A stretch of 64,000 nucleotides of DNA from Phaeosaccion multiseriatum (taxonomy: Eukaryota; Protista; Ochrophyta, other classes), in the NCBI GenBank assembly GCA_965112735.1, contig OZ218953.1:3782001-3846000 (forward strand). The letters are read 5' to 3'. The notes beneath the pieces are model-generated. The model made no database searches. It was not told the origin of the DNA and worked only from the letters and a program-made list of their open reading frames with translations. Shown in pieces: positions 1-12,500 of this stretch; positions within the stretch are counted from its first letter, which is position 1, and every line of letters starts with the position of its first letter. A program made the position numbers and the translations under genes.

Positions 1-245
1 AGGGAAAACGACCTCGCCCCACCCCTCATATCTCCCCTTATTAGCTCCATGGTCTCACCTTAGGTCCTTTTCCCCTTACACACGTGTCTCTGTGCCAATG
101 ATTTTGCCGGCCCATGTGGACCATTCCTGAAATCGTCGCCACTTGTGATCCACTTGTCGCGGATTTCGAGCTCGCTCACATGATCCATTACTTTTAGACA
201 ACCATATAGCGCTCCTCGATCTCCGATCTCCTCTGACAAGGATTC

Positions 246-1625
246 ATGGTGATCGGGAGGGTTGTGGTGATGCTGCTTGTTTCTCGTTCCGTTCGAGGCT
301 TTGTCGCTGTGCCCGCTTCGCGTGTAGCAGCGGCAGCAGCAAGAGGAGGAGGACGAGGAGGAGCGGGACGGATGGCACGTCGACAACCGCCTTGTCACAC
401 CATCTCTCGCCGGCTACACGACGGAGAAGAGATAGCTTTGTGGTCATTGGCAGCAGCGAGAGGGAGAGGGGGTGGGAGGAGCTCAAGTGGCGGCGGCGGC
501 GGCAGGAGGAGGAGGAGGCCTTCTCCAAGGTGAGCAGGGCCCAAGCCTCGGCCCGCCCGCTCCTACCGTCATCTTCTTTTCCCTTCTCGCTCTCTGTCTC
601 TTCTCGCATCTCAATCTGTCCTCCGCCCCCCTTCTCCCCCCTCCTCCCTCTCCCCTTCTCTTCTCTCCTCTCCTCTCCTCGTCTCTCTATCTCAGGGACG
701 GAGGTGGTGAGGGTGGTGCGGGCAGTCCGTCCAGGGCGAGCCAGTATCGGCATAACTTACGGCCGGGCATTCGCGTGGAGGTGGTGAAGAAGCAAGACCA
801 GAGAACGGGGCGCTTGACAAGGTGCGTAGAGGAAACAAGCGGTCGCAGCCGCAGCGTTTCGGCAATGGCTGTGGAACGGGGAGGCTTTCTGGGGCCGCCT
901 CTGTACAAGGGGCAGCAATGGGGAATGGGATGGAGTCAGCAAAGAGATGAGGAGAGATGGGGAAAGAGGGAGAGAGAGGGAGGGAGACCAAAATATCTGA
1001 ACAAGAGGGCATCTTCTACCTCAGGACACTCCTTAGTTTGCCTCTACTTGCAAAGAAGGCTCTGGTTGGCTCACGTTTTCATTGTTATCTTCATTCTGTC
1101 TCGCGCCGTCCGTCCCTCCGCCTCCGCAGCGGTGTGGTACAACGACTGTTGACAAACTCGACTTTCCATCCGCGAGGAATCAAGGTGCGGCTGGATAACG
1201 GAGTAGTAGGAAGAGTCTTTAGCATCGCCGGCGACGAAACCCGCTCCAACTTCTTGCCGACTGCTGCTGGTGTCGACACGTCCTCCTCGGAGAACCCAGT
1301 ATCGGGCGGAGCAGCAGACGCAGCAGCAGTACTGGAACACCCACAGCAGGAGGATCACTTTGCGGCTCACGCAGAGAATCAGCTAGGAGAGCAGCAGCAG
1401 CAGGAGGAGGAGGAGAAGGAGGAGGAGGAGGAGGAGGAGGGGGAGGAGCGGCGGCGGCACGGGCGGCGGCAGGGCGAAGCTTGGAGACGGAGACGGGGAC
1501 GGGGAGGGAGGGGGGGGGGCAGGCAGGTTCACGCGAGAGGTGGGGCAGGAGGCGAGGCAGGAGGCGAAGCCAAAACGAGCCGCTCGTGGCACTTCGTGGA
1601 CGGCGTGTTGGTGGACAGCACATAG
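246..1625 (+). CDS. YwbE/DUF2196-family protein with an N-terminal signal/transit-like leader (3 exons: 246-529, 696-821, 1130-1625)
   Basis: GT-AG splicing keeps frame and joins RHNLRPGIRVEVVKKQDQRTGRLT to SGVVQRLLTNSTFHPRGIKVRLDNGVVGRV, the typical YwbE pattern. The N-terminus MVIGRVVVMLLVSRSVRG-FVAVP resembles a bipartite plastid leader. Confidence 0.85.
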
Positions 1626-2247
1626 AGCCTCGCCACCTCGTCTACCCAAGGTTAGTTAGCTCTATTACATAAAGAGGAAATTTAATGCTGGGAAGAAAAA
1701 AAACTAATTAAAATTCATTAAAAAATTGAGCCCTCTGGTGTTTTATCGATCTCCTCCTCGCACGCAGCACAGTGATATAAGGGTGTGAGGCTGCGAGAGA
1801 GAGAGCTCCTCACTGCTTCTCAGGGAAATCATGGCCCTCCTCTGCGGCGTCTAATGGCAATGACACATCCTGCTTCGGCACAGGCTCCTCCTGTACAGGA
1901 GGGGCAGGACACAGTCTAGAGTTTCATCGAAGGCGGCAGGTTCCTGAAGGCAGGCGCTGGATCCATCAACACAGAGAGGGGGGGGGGGGGGCTCTCCTAC
2001 CGGGGGGCCTTGTCCACCCCCCCCCTTCCTGACGCACCCTCGCCTCCGCCAACCCTGCCCGGTGGCGTGAGACGATGCTGCCAAAGCCCTTTTTCGGTTG
2101 GTTGGCAAGCACACACTTGAGGTCATTGCCGTCCGTCCATCCATCCATCATGGGGCCGAGCCGAGACGGCCACAGCCGTGCAGCGCATCATTGACCTTCG
2201 TCTGCGCCCTCCGCTCTCTCCTCTCAAAGCCGAGGCAAAAGGGAGAT

Positions 2248-5200
2248 TCAGCCCCGGGCAGGAAAGCTCCCCCCTGCCCTCTCCGCCAAGATGGTGGCGA
2301 GCAGTTGGCACATGGCTGGCTCCAGCACGCCGTGCTTCTGCTTCTTGGGCCACTGGGCAAGTGCGTCGGCCACCTCGGGGTCGCTCTCTGGCACAGGCGG
2401 TACCTCCAGGATGACGCGCACCTGACACCGGACACCAGGCACCATGCACCAGGCACCAGGGGGAAGGGGGAAGGGGGGGAGGGGAGGGAACGTCAAGGGG
2501 CAGCCGGGCGGCACAAGACAAGACGAAATACGAGAGAAGACACAACAGCAGATGGATGCGCAGGTCATGTCAGTCACAGTCACAGAGCGGTGCCTCTTCT
2601 CACCTTGACTTGCGCGGGGAGGGGCGAGCGCTGCCCAGGCCGGGCCCAGGCGCTGGGGTCTAGTAGCTGCGAGAGAGAAGCACGAGCGACGAGGGCAGGG
2701 CAGGGCAGGGCAGGGCAGGGCAGGGCAGGGCAGTTGGTGATAAAGGGCAGGGCAGTTGGTGATAAAGGGCAGGGCAGTTGGTGATAAAGGGCAGGGCAGT
2801 TGGTGATAAAGGGCAGGGCAGGGCAGGGCAGGGCAGTGCAGTTGGTGATACAGGGCAGGGCAGGGCAGTGCAGGGCAGTGCAGATGGTGATACAGGGCAG
2901 TGCAGTTGGTGATACAGGGCAGGGCAGGGCAGGGCAAGGGTGATACGTCAGCCTCGAAAGCCCGTCGCAAGCAACACGGGGGGGTACGAATACGATGAGC
3001 GAGGAAACGCAACACTTACCTCCGTCAGTGCCGTCTCGGCTGCGAAGATTCCGAAGAGCATTCTTTTGCTAATATCCAGCAGGAAGAGCGGGCTGGCGGG
3101 CGGGTGGGCGGGCGGGCGGGCAGGGGGGGGGGGGGGGGACGGGCAGAGCCCAATCAATCAGCCTCAGCCTCCAGCCGGGGCAACAGAACACAAGAGAAAG
3201 AGGAGCCACCTCACCTGCCGGGCACGATGGCCTTTCTGGCCTCGTTGGCCTGATGCGCAGGGAGGCCGAAAAGCATCTTGCCTAACGTCTCGTTGATAGT
3301 ATCTGACAGCAGCGGCAGGGGGCAGGGGGCAGGAGGGCGGGTAAGGGGTTAGAACGCGCCACCTATGTCTTTGCCCTGGTGCCGCGCTTTGCCACACATG
3401 CGCAACTCGAATCGGCCTGCCTGACCTGCGCTACAGTTGAAGAGGTAGCCCCACTGCCCCGCGGGTGTGCTAAACATGGCGCGGTTGGGGTTCACCGGTA
3501 CAAGGGTACCCTCTCTGTCCGACGCACAGGGGGGGGGGAGGGAGGGGCAGGGGGGCAAGGAAGGGTAAGAGAGTCAGGCCCCAGTAGTGGATTTAGGAAT
3601 TCAGGACAAGCAGTGAAGGTCGCCCGTCTGCAGCAAGAGCGGTAGGTACCCTCAAAGGCAAGGCGCCCTCCGTCCTCACTTCCCTCCATACGCAAGCTGG
3701 ACATGAGCAAGGTATGCGTTTCATTATCCTCCCCGTCTTTTCTGTACCCCTCCTACCTGTCCTCAAAGGCAATCTCCTTGACCTCGATGTTCCCCTTCAT
3801 GGCCTCGCCCGTTACCTCCACTACCGGAGCGGAGTACATGAGTAGCAAGAGGGCGCGCCCCACATCGTAGGGCACGTCTGAGCCGTCCCTGCCAACCCCA
3901 CGCGGCGCGGGTACATGGGCACACCATACAGACAACAGGCACGGCACACAACAGAGAGATGTCGATGAGAGGCAGCCGGGCGGCGAGAGCGAGTCTCCCT
4001 GTAACACGGAGCGGCGGCAACGATAGGAGGTGGATGGTACACACAACTGCGCGAGAGGCACTGCTGTAGGCCGGGCTGGGCTGAACCCCCCAAGTCACAC
4101 AACCCCCCCCCCCATGCCCGCGCCTCTGCCTTTGCCACTCTTACCTGCAGGCCGTCAAGGGCGCCCCGTGCGGCGGCGGCCCCGTCCTAAGCGTGGCGGG
4201 CACCTTGGAGAAGGGCAAGTCACACACACGCAGCCACTCCACCGCGAACAGCGCGGACCACGAGAGGGGTCCCCCCGTCGGGCCCGGACCCTCCGGGATG
4301 GGCGCCTTCATCTCTGCACAGCCTTGGAAGGAGCCTTTGCCGCTGGGGAGGGGCGAGCGGAAGAGGGGAGGGGAGGGAAGGGGAGGGTGTTAAGGCGGGG
4401 CTAGGCGAATGGGGTCGACGTGGGGGGGGGGGGGAGGAAAGGTTGGTGACGGCAGACAAAGGACAATCCTACATCTGGCCCCCACATCGCTTCGACCCCC
4501 TCGCTGGAGCGTCGAGTGGAGCAAGGAGGCCCAGGCCCGCCAGATCCACCCACCTGACCGTGAAGATGAGGATGACCTTCCCGTTGCAGCCCTGGGCCTC
4601 GCTGAGGGCGTCATTGAGCCTTCTCCGATGCGCCTTCCTTACGCTCCAGCGCCCGCTGCCCACGCTCACGGCCAAGTTTTTGAGCGAGAGGCTCTTGAGA
4701 ACAAAGTACATCACCCTTTGCCCGTGGAGGAGAGGCAGCTGCTTCACCACCTCCGGATCCTCCTCAACCAGGCTCGCGGTCTCCCGCTTGTGATCTCCTC
4801 CCTCTCCTGCCCCCCCTCTCTGCCCCGCCCCCCCGCCGCCCCCCCTGAAGGACACCGCCCCCCCCCCCCCGCCTTGTCCCTGCCCGGTAGCTTGATGAGT
4901 TCCTGCTCTCCGTGGGCAAAGTGGCACTTGTCGTTGAAGGGGCAGAAGCCCCCGCTCTGCAGCCAGTGCTTGCACATGGTGGTCTTGAAGAACTCGTTGG
5001 GGTTATTGATGCCATTGCCGGGATTGGTGCTCAGCCCCTTGGACGCCTGCGGCCAGCAGCAGCCAGCAGCACCGGGACCGGGGGGGTGAGAGAGCAGAGG
5101 GTGAAGGAGCAGAGGTTCAGACGCAACACACTGAATGGACGAGGACACCACCGAACACACCACCGAACACGAACAGCCTTATGGGCCATACCGCCCTCCT

Positions 5201-6222
5201 CCGTGCAAATCCAAACAAAAACAACAGCGAGTGCCGGCACTCACCGCCTCTTCCTGCATGGCCATGGCGAGAGAAAAGTCCGCCTCCTCGGCCAGGTCCT
5301 CGGGGGGGCGTTTCACGTGCCTGGACGGACAGGACACACAGGACGGACACATCGAGGGGGGGGTGATCGAGGGGGGACAGAGGCGTCAGAGCGAGGGTGC
5401 AGGTAGAGCGGGGGGAGGGAGGGGTCGAGCCCGAGCCCCCGATGCGGACCGTGCTTCTCTCAGCCTCAGCCGACGCACACACACGAGACCACCAAGGGAC
5501 CCCTCGGAAGGTCGATGAGTACATACACACACACCTGTATCGGCAGTCGTTGCCCTCCTTGCAGAAGCCCTGCTTGTAGTACGCGCACTCGGGCTTGTCC
5601 TCCTCGTTGATGTGTCTGTACTGGCAGTCCTTCAACTGGCACGCCGCGCCCCATCTGAGGCGAGCGGTAGAGATGCGAGACAAGAGAGCAGGGGGGGGGG
5701 GGGGCGTCAGCGGCACGAGAGGAGAGAGGGGCAGGTGCGGTACGAGCGAGCGCTCTGAGGGAGAGCACCTCGCTGAGCAGCCAGTACGGCACAGTACAGC
5801 ACTGAGAGGCGAGGGGGGGAGGGGTCCTATCCGCCATGAGCCCGTTCCGCAATTGGCACACTTGGCACGACTCACCTGCAGATGGGCATCTTGTCCAAGT
5901 CCATGCGGTGCAAGAACTCGCACCTGTCGCTCTTCTTGCAGAGCCCCTTGAGCCAATGCCTGCACACCACCGTTCGGTGGCGCTTGTCCCCATCGCCCCC
6001 GTCCTCCACAAGGTCCGGCATTACTTCCGTGATGGCGCCCTCAAAGTCGAACTCCAGCGCCAGCGGAGCAGCTTGGGGGGGTGCCAGCGTGCTGCTACTG
6101 CTGTGGCCATTCTGGCCTCTATTCGTACTGCCCTGCCGATTGCCATGGCTGTTGTGGTGACCGCCATTGGCATTGTGGCCCGCGGGTCCCCGGAAGAAGT
6201 GAGGAGGAGGCGCCATCATCAT
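2248..6222 (-). CDS. CPSF30: CPSF30/CPSF4-like protein: CCCH zinc fingers + YTH domain + DCD domain (multi-exon; one apparent frame break at 4858-4870)
   Basis: Zinc fingers: VVCRHWLKGLCKKSDRCEFLH, CRWGAACQLKDCQYRH, CAYYKQGFCKEGNDCRYRH, MCKHWLQSGGFCPFNDKCHFAH. YTH across exons: YFVLKSLSLKNL..GRWSV, VILIFTV-SGKGSFQGCAEM, WSALFAVEWLRVCDLPFSK, RDGSDV. DCD across exons: GYLFNCSA-DTINETLGKMLFGLP..IVPG-PLFLLDISKRMLFGIFAA..LLDPSAW..PLPAQVKVRV. Confidence 0.88.
2693..2940. repeat. Intronic composite microsatellite: (GGGCA)n interspersed with GTTGGTGATA(A/C)A units
   Basis: Directly visible tandem pentamer with higher-order units. Confidence 0.9.
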
Positions 6223-6449
6223 ACCTCACTCCGCTCCGCCCCGCCCCTCAGAGTGGCGGGCCGAAGAATCTACTCCAAGCTTCTCATCGACCCTATCGTC
6301 CCTCTTGCTGTGTCTGACCCTGAGTCCTGAGAGGGAGAGCGAGAGAGAGAAGCGAGAGGCAGGGACACACAGAGATACGCGGGACAGGGTTAATATGCAT
6401 GGGCCATGTGCTTCATCACCCATAGGTCATGGACAAGCTTGCTTGTCTC

Positions 6450-6715
6450 TCTCCCTCTCCTCATCCTCTCCCTCCTTTTCCTTCCTCCTCCTCCTCGTCC
6501 TCCTCCTCCTCCTACTACTACTACTCCTCCTCCTCCTCCTCTTCCTCCTCCTCCTCCTCCTCTTCTCTTTTCCTCCTCTTTCCGCTCTCTCCATCTCTAC
6601 CTCCTCCTTCCCTTCCTCCTCTCCCTCCATCTCCACCTCCTCCTCCTCCTCCTCTCCCCCCATCTCCTCCTGCTTCCTCCTACTCCTCCTCCTCCGCTCC
6701 GCCTTCCGTCCTCCC
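6450..6715. repeat. (CCT)n-rich pyrimidine tract in an intergenic region
   Basis: Directly visible; it explains the spurious poly-L/P/S ORFs here. Confidence 0.85.
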
Positions 6716-7024
6716 CAGCATCATCACCTGTGGAGTTTAATTTGGTGTTGCCTGGCTGGCTGGCTGAGTGAATCGAAGGGGAGCCAGGCCCTACAAATGG
6801 CGACGGCACGGACTTGTTTGTTCTCCACCCGACGCTCACCCACGGGCTGACTGTGGTAGCGCCGCAGCAGCATCCATCCAGCATCCATACAGAGTTGACA
6901 TTGTTCTAATTAAGAGTCGCTCTCTTCTCCATTGTTCCAGAATCCCAGAGGCGGGCCGGCAACAGCAGTGTTACCCAAAATAGGGGGAAGGAGGGGGAAA
7001 TTGAGAGAGCGCTTTCGGAGCTAA

Positions 7025-7837
7025 ATGGCCGGGCTTCTCGGCAGGGCATCGGGTGGGGATGACGTGGAGTGGACGGACTACGTGATCCGACAGCACTCGC
7101 TGGTGGGCCTCTATCTCTCTCTTTCCAAGGGGGAGGAGTATAGGGAGCTCGGCGAGGGGAGTTCGGGGCTGCCAGGAGGCGGGGTTCTAGAAGGTCTTGA
7201 CAGGGACAAAAGAGTGTTCTTGGCCTGCTTCTCTTTCGTCTTCCCTCTGTGGATGGCGTGTATCCTCTCCATCTCATCCTACTTTTGGGCGGGCTGCTGG
7301 ACCGCGTGCCTGCTGACGGTGCTTCTGTGGCTGCTCCGCAAACTTCTCACCAGCCCCACGGCATCGGATAGCTTCGAACTGCCCATTCTGGGCAAGACCA
7401 TCGGCGTGTTCCCGCAGGCCATGTATGGCTTGCTTGGTGGCATGCTTCTATGGGTGCTGCTCACGGCCTTGGGCGGCGCCAGGCCTTTCTCCTCCCTCTT
7501 GGGGGGGGCGGTTCTGTCTGTCTTTCTGGCCGTCTTTCTGGAGATGCTCGTTCGAGCTGTGTGCAAATATACGCAGAGCTGGCCTTCCGTGCTCGCGGGC
7601 ATCGCTCCGTCCGCGGGAGCGTCCTCGGGAGGGGGGGGGGATGGGGATGGTGGGCTTCGAGGGAGCGAGCAAGGTGGCATCTACCAACCCCCCTCGCTTC
7701 CCTCTGGCATGTCCTCACAACGGCAGCAGCAGCACCAGCAGTACCACCAGCACCAGCAGGAGTACGAGCCCGAGCTGCAGCAACAACAACAGCAAGCGCA
7801 GCAAGAGGTGGACCAGGATTTGCTGTCTGCAATTTGA
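7025..7837 (+). CDS. Single-exon multi-pass membrane protein (270 aa) with a Q-rich tail; function unknown
   Basis: Clean ATG-to-stop ORF with about 4 hydrophobic segments and coding-like codon usage. Confidence 0.7.
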   Translation: MAGLLGRASGGDDVEWTDYVIRQHSLVGLYLSLSKGEEYRELGEGSSGLPGGGVLEGLDRDKRVFLACFSFVFPLWMACILSISSYFWAGCWTACLLTVLLWLLRKLLTSPTASDSFELPILGKTIGVFPQAMYGLLGGMLLWVLLTALGGARPFSSLLGGAVLSVFLAVFLEMLVRAVCKYTQSWPSVLAGIAPSAGASSGGGGDGDGGLRGSEQGGIYQPPSLPSGMSSQRQQQHQQYHQHQQEYEPELQQQQQQAQQEVDQDLLSAI

Positions 7838-7962
7838 CACACAACAATTGTTGATTTAACCTACATGAAAGTACGGGATGTTGGCCGTCAGCTCAGGGGT
7901 TTCGTTTATTCGATTCGTGCATGGGGAGAAAGTACTCCAAGACACTGCTACTTCCACTACTG

Positions 7963-7999
<37 letters not shown>

Positions 8000-8017
8000 C
8001 TCCGCCCTCGCCTCATC

Positions 8018-9413
8018 TCATTGGGCCCCCTCCCCGCAGGCTTGTATTCGCACCGGGGTGGCCGGCGCGCCTCTGATGTGAAACACGTTCATAATGCCTC
8101 GCACCACCTCCATACCCCGTACCACCCGCCCGAACGCCACGCAGCGGCCGTCCAGCTGCGGAGCCGCCTCGGTGGTCACATAGAATTGGCTGCCGTTACT
8201 GTCCCTGCCGGAGTTGGCCATGCTCAGCAGGCCTCCGTCCGTGTGCGGGATGAGAAAAGCCTCGTCGCGAAAGTACCTGCGGACGGAGAATCGCAAGAGG
8301 AAGGGGGGGGGGGGACGGGGGGGGGGGGGGGGTAGTGCAGCAGCAGCTCATCAGAAGGCGAGCAGAAGGCCCTTTGAGTGAAAGCCTCGAGCCAGAGCTT
8401 TCCCCAGGTCGCATGCAGCACATGAATCACAGCTCCTCCCTCACCTCTTCCCCAGCGCGCTGTGGCTCTTCTTCCCCTCCCCGCCCTCCACGTCTCCCAC
8501 CAGCAGGCCGGTGTTCTTGACCAGCTGGTGCACAGGGGCGCCCGCGTAGTGCAGCCGAGTGGGGTTGTCTCCCGTGCATAGTTTGAGGAAGTTGTCGCAC
8601 GTGAGGGGCAAGACGTCGCTGGCCAGCTCCACCTCCACCTTGCCGCGGCTCACTCCGTCCACGCTCAACTCCAGCCACGCGCGCTTCCGACTCGCGGGGT
8701 CTCGGCCCCACTGCTGCAGTGCCTGCGCGCCGTCGCTGTGGTCCCAGTCGAACGGGGCGGGTGGAGTCGCCTTACGGAACGCCTCTTGCCCCCCCTCCAT
8801 GAATTTGTGATACCTGTGAGGGGCGATTGGGATGAGCACAAGGTTTCCCAGGGGAGGTTTGCATGCAAGTGGTCAGAAGCGGGACATCCTTCCCATCCAG
8901 CCCCATCCTCAGCTCCAAAGAAGCGGCTACTAACGGAGATGTCAGATGAAGGGGGACCGCGGAATTGCTGTCTCTTTATGGAGGGGCCATGAGGTGCCAG
9001 CAAGGAGCACGGCCTCACGGAATCAAATCGGCCAAGACTGCATGCCATATTTCAGTAGCAGTCAGCAGTGAGTGGGGGAAAGATACCACAGTGAGTCCAG
9101 TTGAGGAGGAGGAGGAGGAGGAGGAGGAGGAGAACGGCACTCACCATCCCCAGCCTCTCGCTCCTCGGGACACCATCATCCCCCGACGCTGCTGCTGTTG
9201 ATGCTTCAGCTGTGGCCGGTTGCCGATGCCTGCTATTCTTGCCGAGTAGCAGCAATGCGCCTGTGCTGTTGGTGTTGTCGCTCTCCCTCCTGACTCTCTG
9301 TCGCCTCGGCGCCTCCCTCCCTGAGCACCCCATCCTCCTCCTACTGAGGCTGAGGCAGCAGCAGGGGGTCGTGAGCGTACCACAGCCGCTGCTGCCCTTG
9401 TTACCCCAATCAT
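8018..9413 (-). CDS. Cyclophilin-fold protein with a degenerate active site; probable organellar (mitochondrial-like) presequence; about 3 exons
   Basis: Motifs GKVEVELASDVLPLTCDNFLKLCTG, LLSMANSGRDSNGSQFYVT and LDGRCVAFGRVVRGMEVV; N-terminus rich in R/A/S. Confidence 0.88.
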
Positions 9414-9534
9414 TTCACTGCTTCGACCGTTCTATCGGATGATCGTCCAAAGCGTCGGACGAGGGGGAAACACATCCAGTGCCATCGCAGATAGATTTGG
9501 GGCATTTCATATTGATATCCATTATTCTTTCTCG

Positions 9535-12500
9535 ATGGCCCTCCCGCGAGGCCTTTTTAGGCGGCTACCGTCACTGCTTTCACACTTGCTAGTGTTCTCA
9601 CTCTCCGCGGCTCTGTCTTCGAGCCACTCTCAGCTGCAGCAGGAGCTCCGCCTCGTGGAACAAAACCAGGATGAGGGGGGGGTGAATAAAGCGTTCCCCC
9701 TGGAAGAGCGGGTGCTGATGGCAACACGAGAGAGCGCTCTGTGGGGTGGAAGACTCCCCCACGGCTGGGCCAGAGCAACAGAGGGCGATGAGGAGAGCGA
9801 TGCGGCAGAAAAACTCCACTTCAAGCTTCACTTGCCTCAATGCAACCTCGATGTGCTAGAGAAGACCGCGAACGAAGTGAGCGATCCCGAGAACCGCAAA
9901 CGCTACGGGAAATACCTCACAGCTTCGCAAGTGTGCGCCATCGTGGAGTGCCCCGCCGAAGGCAGCACTGCGCACACCGGCGGGTGAGTCAGTGAGTGAG
10001 CGAAGCGAGGTTGCCTCTTTCCATGTGAAAGAGAAAGGTACGCGAGAGCCTGTTCGTTGTTTCCTCGCCCTCATGCCTCTATTCTCTTCCACATGCCTTG
10101 AACACTTGCCGGTTGCAGCGAAGAGCGGAGCCGGCGGGCGGAGGCCGTCGAAGCGGTGCGGGAGTGGGTAGGAGAAGGCAGGGATGGCGCCTCAAGTCAC
10201 GGAGATGCGAGCCACGTGGTAGTGGAGGGCTGTGACCACATCGCCCTGTCTATACCGCTGTCGATGGCGAGGCGCCTCTTCCCTGAGACTGACTTCGCCG
10301 TGTACCAGCGCAGCGGCGGTACCAGGTGCGTGAGGTTCCCTCTGGCGAAACAAGAGATATGTCCTCGTCCTCCGTGCTCGTTTGCGGTAAGGCTCGCCTC
10401 GCCTGGTCCACTCCATCGAGCCTAACTGCTCTCTGTTCCGGTGCCCCAAACTCTCCCTCTCTCTCTCTCTCATTTCGAAGCCGAAAAGAGGAGCGCCTGG
10501 TGAGGGCGACTGGGGACGTGAAGCTTCCCCAGGCCGTCCAGCAGCACGTTCAGCTGCTCACAGGCCTCACCGAGCTTCTCCCAAATACCAAGTACGGCAG
10601 CGGCGGCAGGAGCAGCAGGAGGGTGGTGGGGGCGAGAGGGTCGGCGGTGGAAGCAGCGGAAGAAGCAGCAGCGGACAACGTGTCAAACTTTACACAGACT
10701 CTCGTCACGCCTCGCACCATCCGGCAGCTGTACAACATCCCAGCGCACGAGCAAGGGAGCGGCTGGGAAGATGATGTTCATGGCAAGGGAGGGCCCAGGC
10801 TGGTCACATCCAACAAACAGGGGGTTGTGGCCTTTGATGACTTTTACACGCAGTCGGACCTCTGCAGCGCCTATAACCTCCTGGCCGGAGATGATGTGTG
10901 GCTCAACAGCCCCCAAGTCAGCTACAGTGGGCCTGGCTTTGACGCTGAAGCAGACGAGGCGGAGAGCGACTTAGACACCCAGTACATCACAACAGTAGCA
11001 GCAGGGTAAGACTGGGGTGGGGGTGGAGGGTGAGGGTGAGGGTGAGGACTCTCTTTCGAAGTGTCTTAGGCTCCACGCTTGAAGCAAGGAGTGCACATGA
11101 TGCTCACTCTTGTGTAGCGCCCCGCCGAAAGATTGAGCTTGCCCCTGTCCGTGCCCCGTTGTTGCCGTTTTGCAGAGTGCCCACTGCTTTTGTGAATCAT
11201 GACGAGAGCCAATGGATACTAGACTGGGCCCAGGTGAGCGGAGGGAGGGACACGAGAGGTCAAACTGTCGCCGACCCGCTGCTGCTGCTCCTCTGTCAAT
11301 CAATGCTTTAATGGGGGAAAGGGGAGTCGGGACGGAAAGGCTGGATATGGAAAGAAGCACACGAGCCGCGCAGGAGAAGAAGGACGCGACGGGTCGAACT
11401 CGTGTTACGTACGTGTTACGTAGAGGCCTCACTGTAGTCTACCTCCTGCACCTCACCGCTGCGAGTAGCCACGTGCTCGACCCCAACACCTTACCTTCTC
11501 CACCTCACCGCTGCTTCTCCTCTGTCTCGGTGCCGCCCTCCCCCCCCCCCCCGTGCTCTCCTGCTGTAGGACGCTTCCTCAACCCTCGCCCCGGATCAAG
11601 GCGGACCTTTGGTGCGCGTGTGTATATTCCCTGACTGCAGGCCAAAATGAGTTCCTTCAGACTAACCCCCCCCGCCCCGCGCTACACTCTGTACTCTGCG
11701 TGCAGGTTTGGAGTATCTCCTATGGCTTCCCAGAGGAGTGGCAGTGCTCCATTGCAGGTGACGTGAGCATATACACACATACGTATATATGTATATATAT
11801 ATGTATATATGTATATGTATGTATATGTATATATGTTTTTGTGACGCACGCATGGACGCATGCCCCTGCCGGCCGTCTGCCGTTGTAACTTGTCAGGAGA
11901 GGGTGGTGCGGGGCAGGAGCTGTGCGCCTCTGCCGCCCGAGGCTACGACCCCACCGTGTATCTCGATCGCACCAACGTGGAGGTGAGCAGGCCCGCTTCT
12001 CCCTCGAGTCGGCTGGTTTATGAAAAGCACTCTTCCTCTAGATAGACCCCGCGTGCCCATCTTCTTTCGGCCGCTCTGTTTGTGCTCTGCCCTGCCCTGT
12101 ATCCTGTGCGCCCTCGAATGGGATGTCTACGGATGCCTACGGATGCATACAAGCCGCGACGCGTGCACCCACCCTGCGCGAACTTAGCTCTCTCACCCCC
12201 CTTGCGCCCGACCTGTCTGTTTCCTCTTGACCCGCTCCTCAGCTGATGAAGCTCGCCGCCCTCGGAACCACCGTAATCGTGGCCAGCGGGGACGATGGCA
12301 GCGTCGGCTTTGGGGCCACATGCCCGCTGGACCCCACGCTGCCTGTGGATATTAGGTGCGGGCACACAAACACGCCTTGTCTGCCCCATGAGTTATGAGT
12401 TGAGCTGCAGTTGTGTGTACTGTTCCCTAACTTGCCTTGTATCCTGCCGTCTGTGCCCCCCCCCCCCCCCCTCTCTCTCTCTCTCTCTCTTTGTGTGTGT

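Noticed and set aside
1-240. Possible first exon of a divergent minus-strand gene (AAG|GTGAG near 58)
   Set aside because: Too short and truncated by the window edge, with no recognisable motif.
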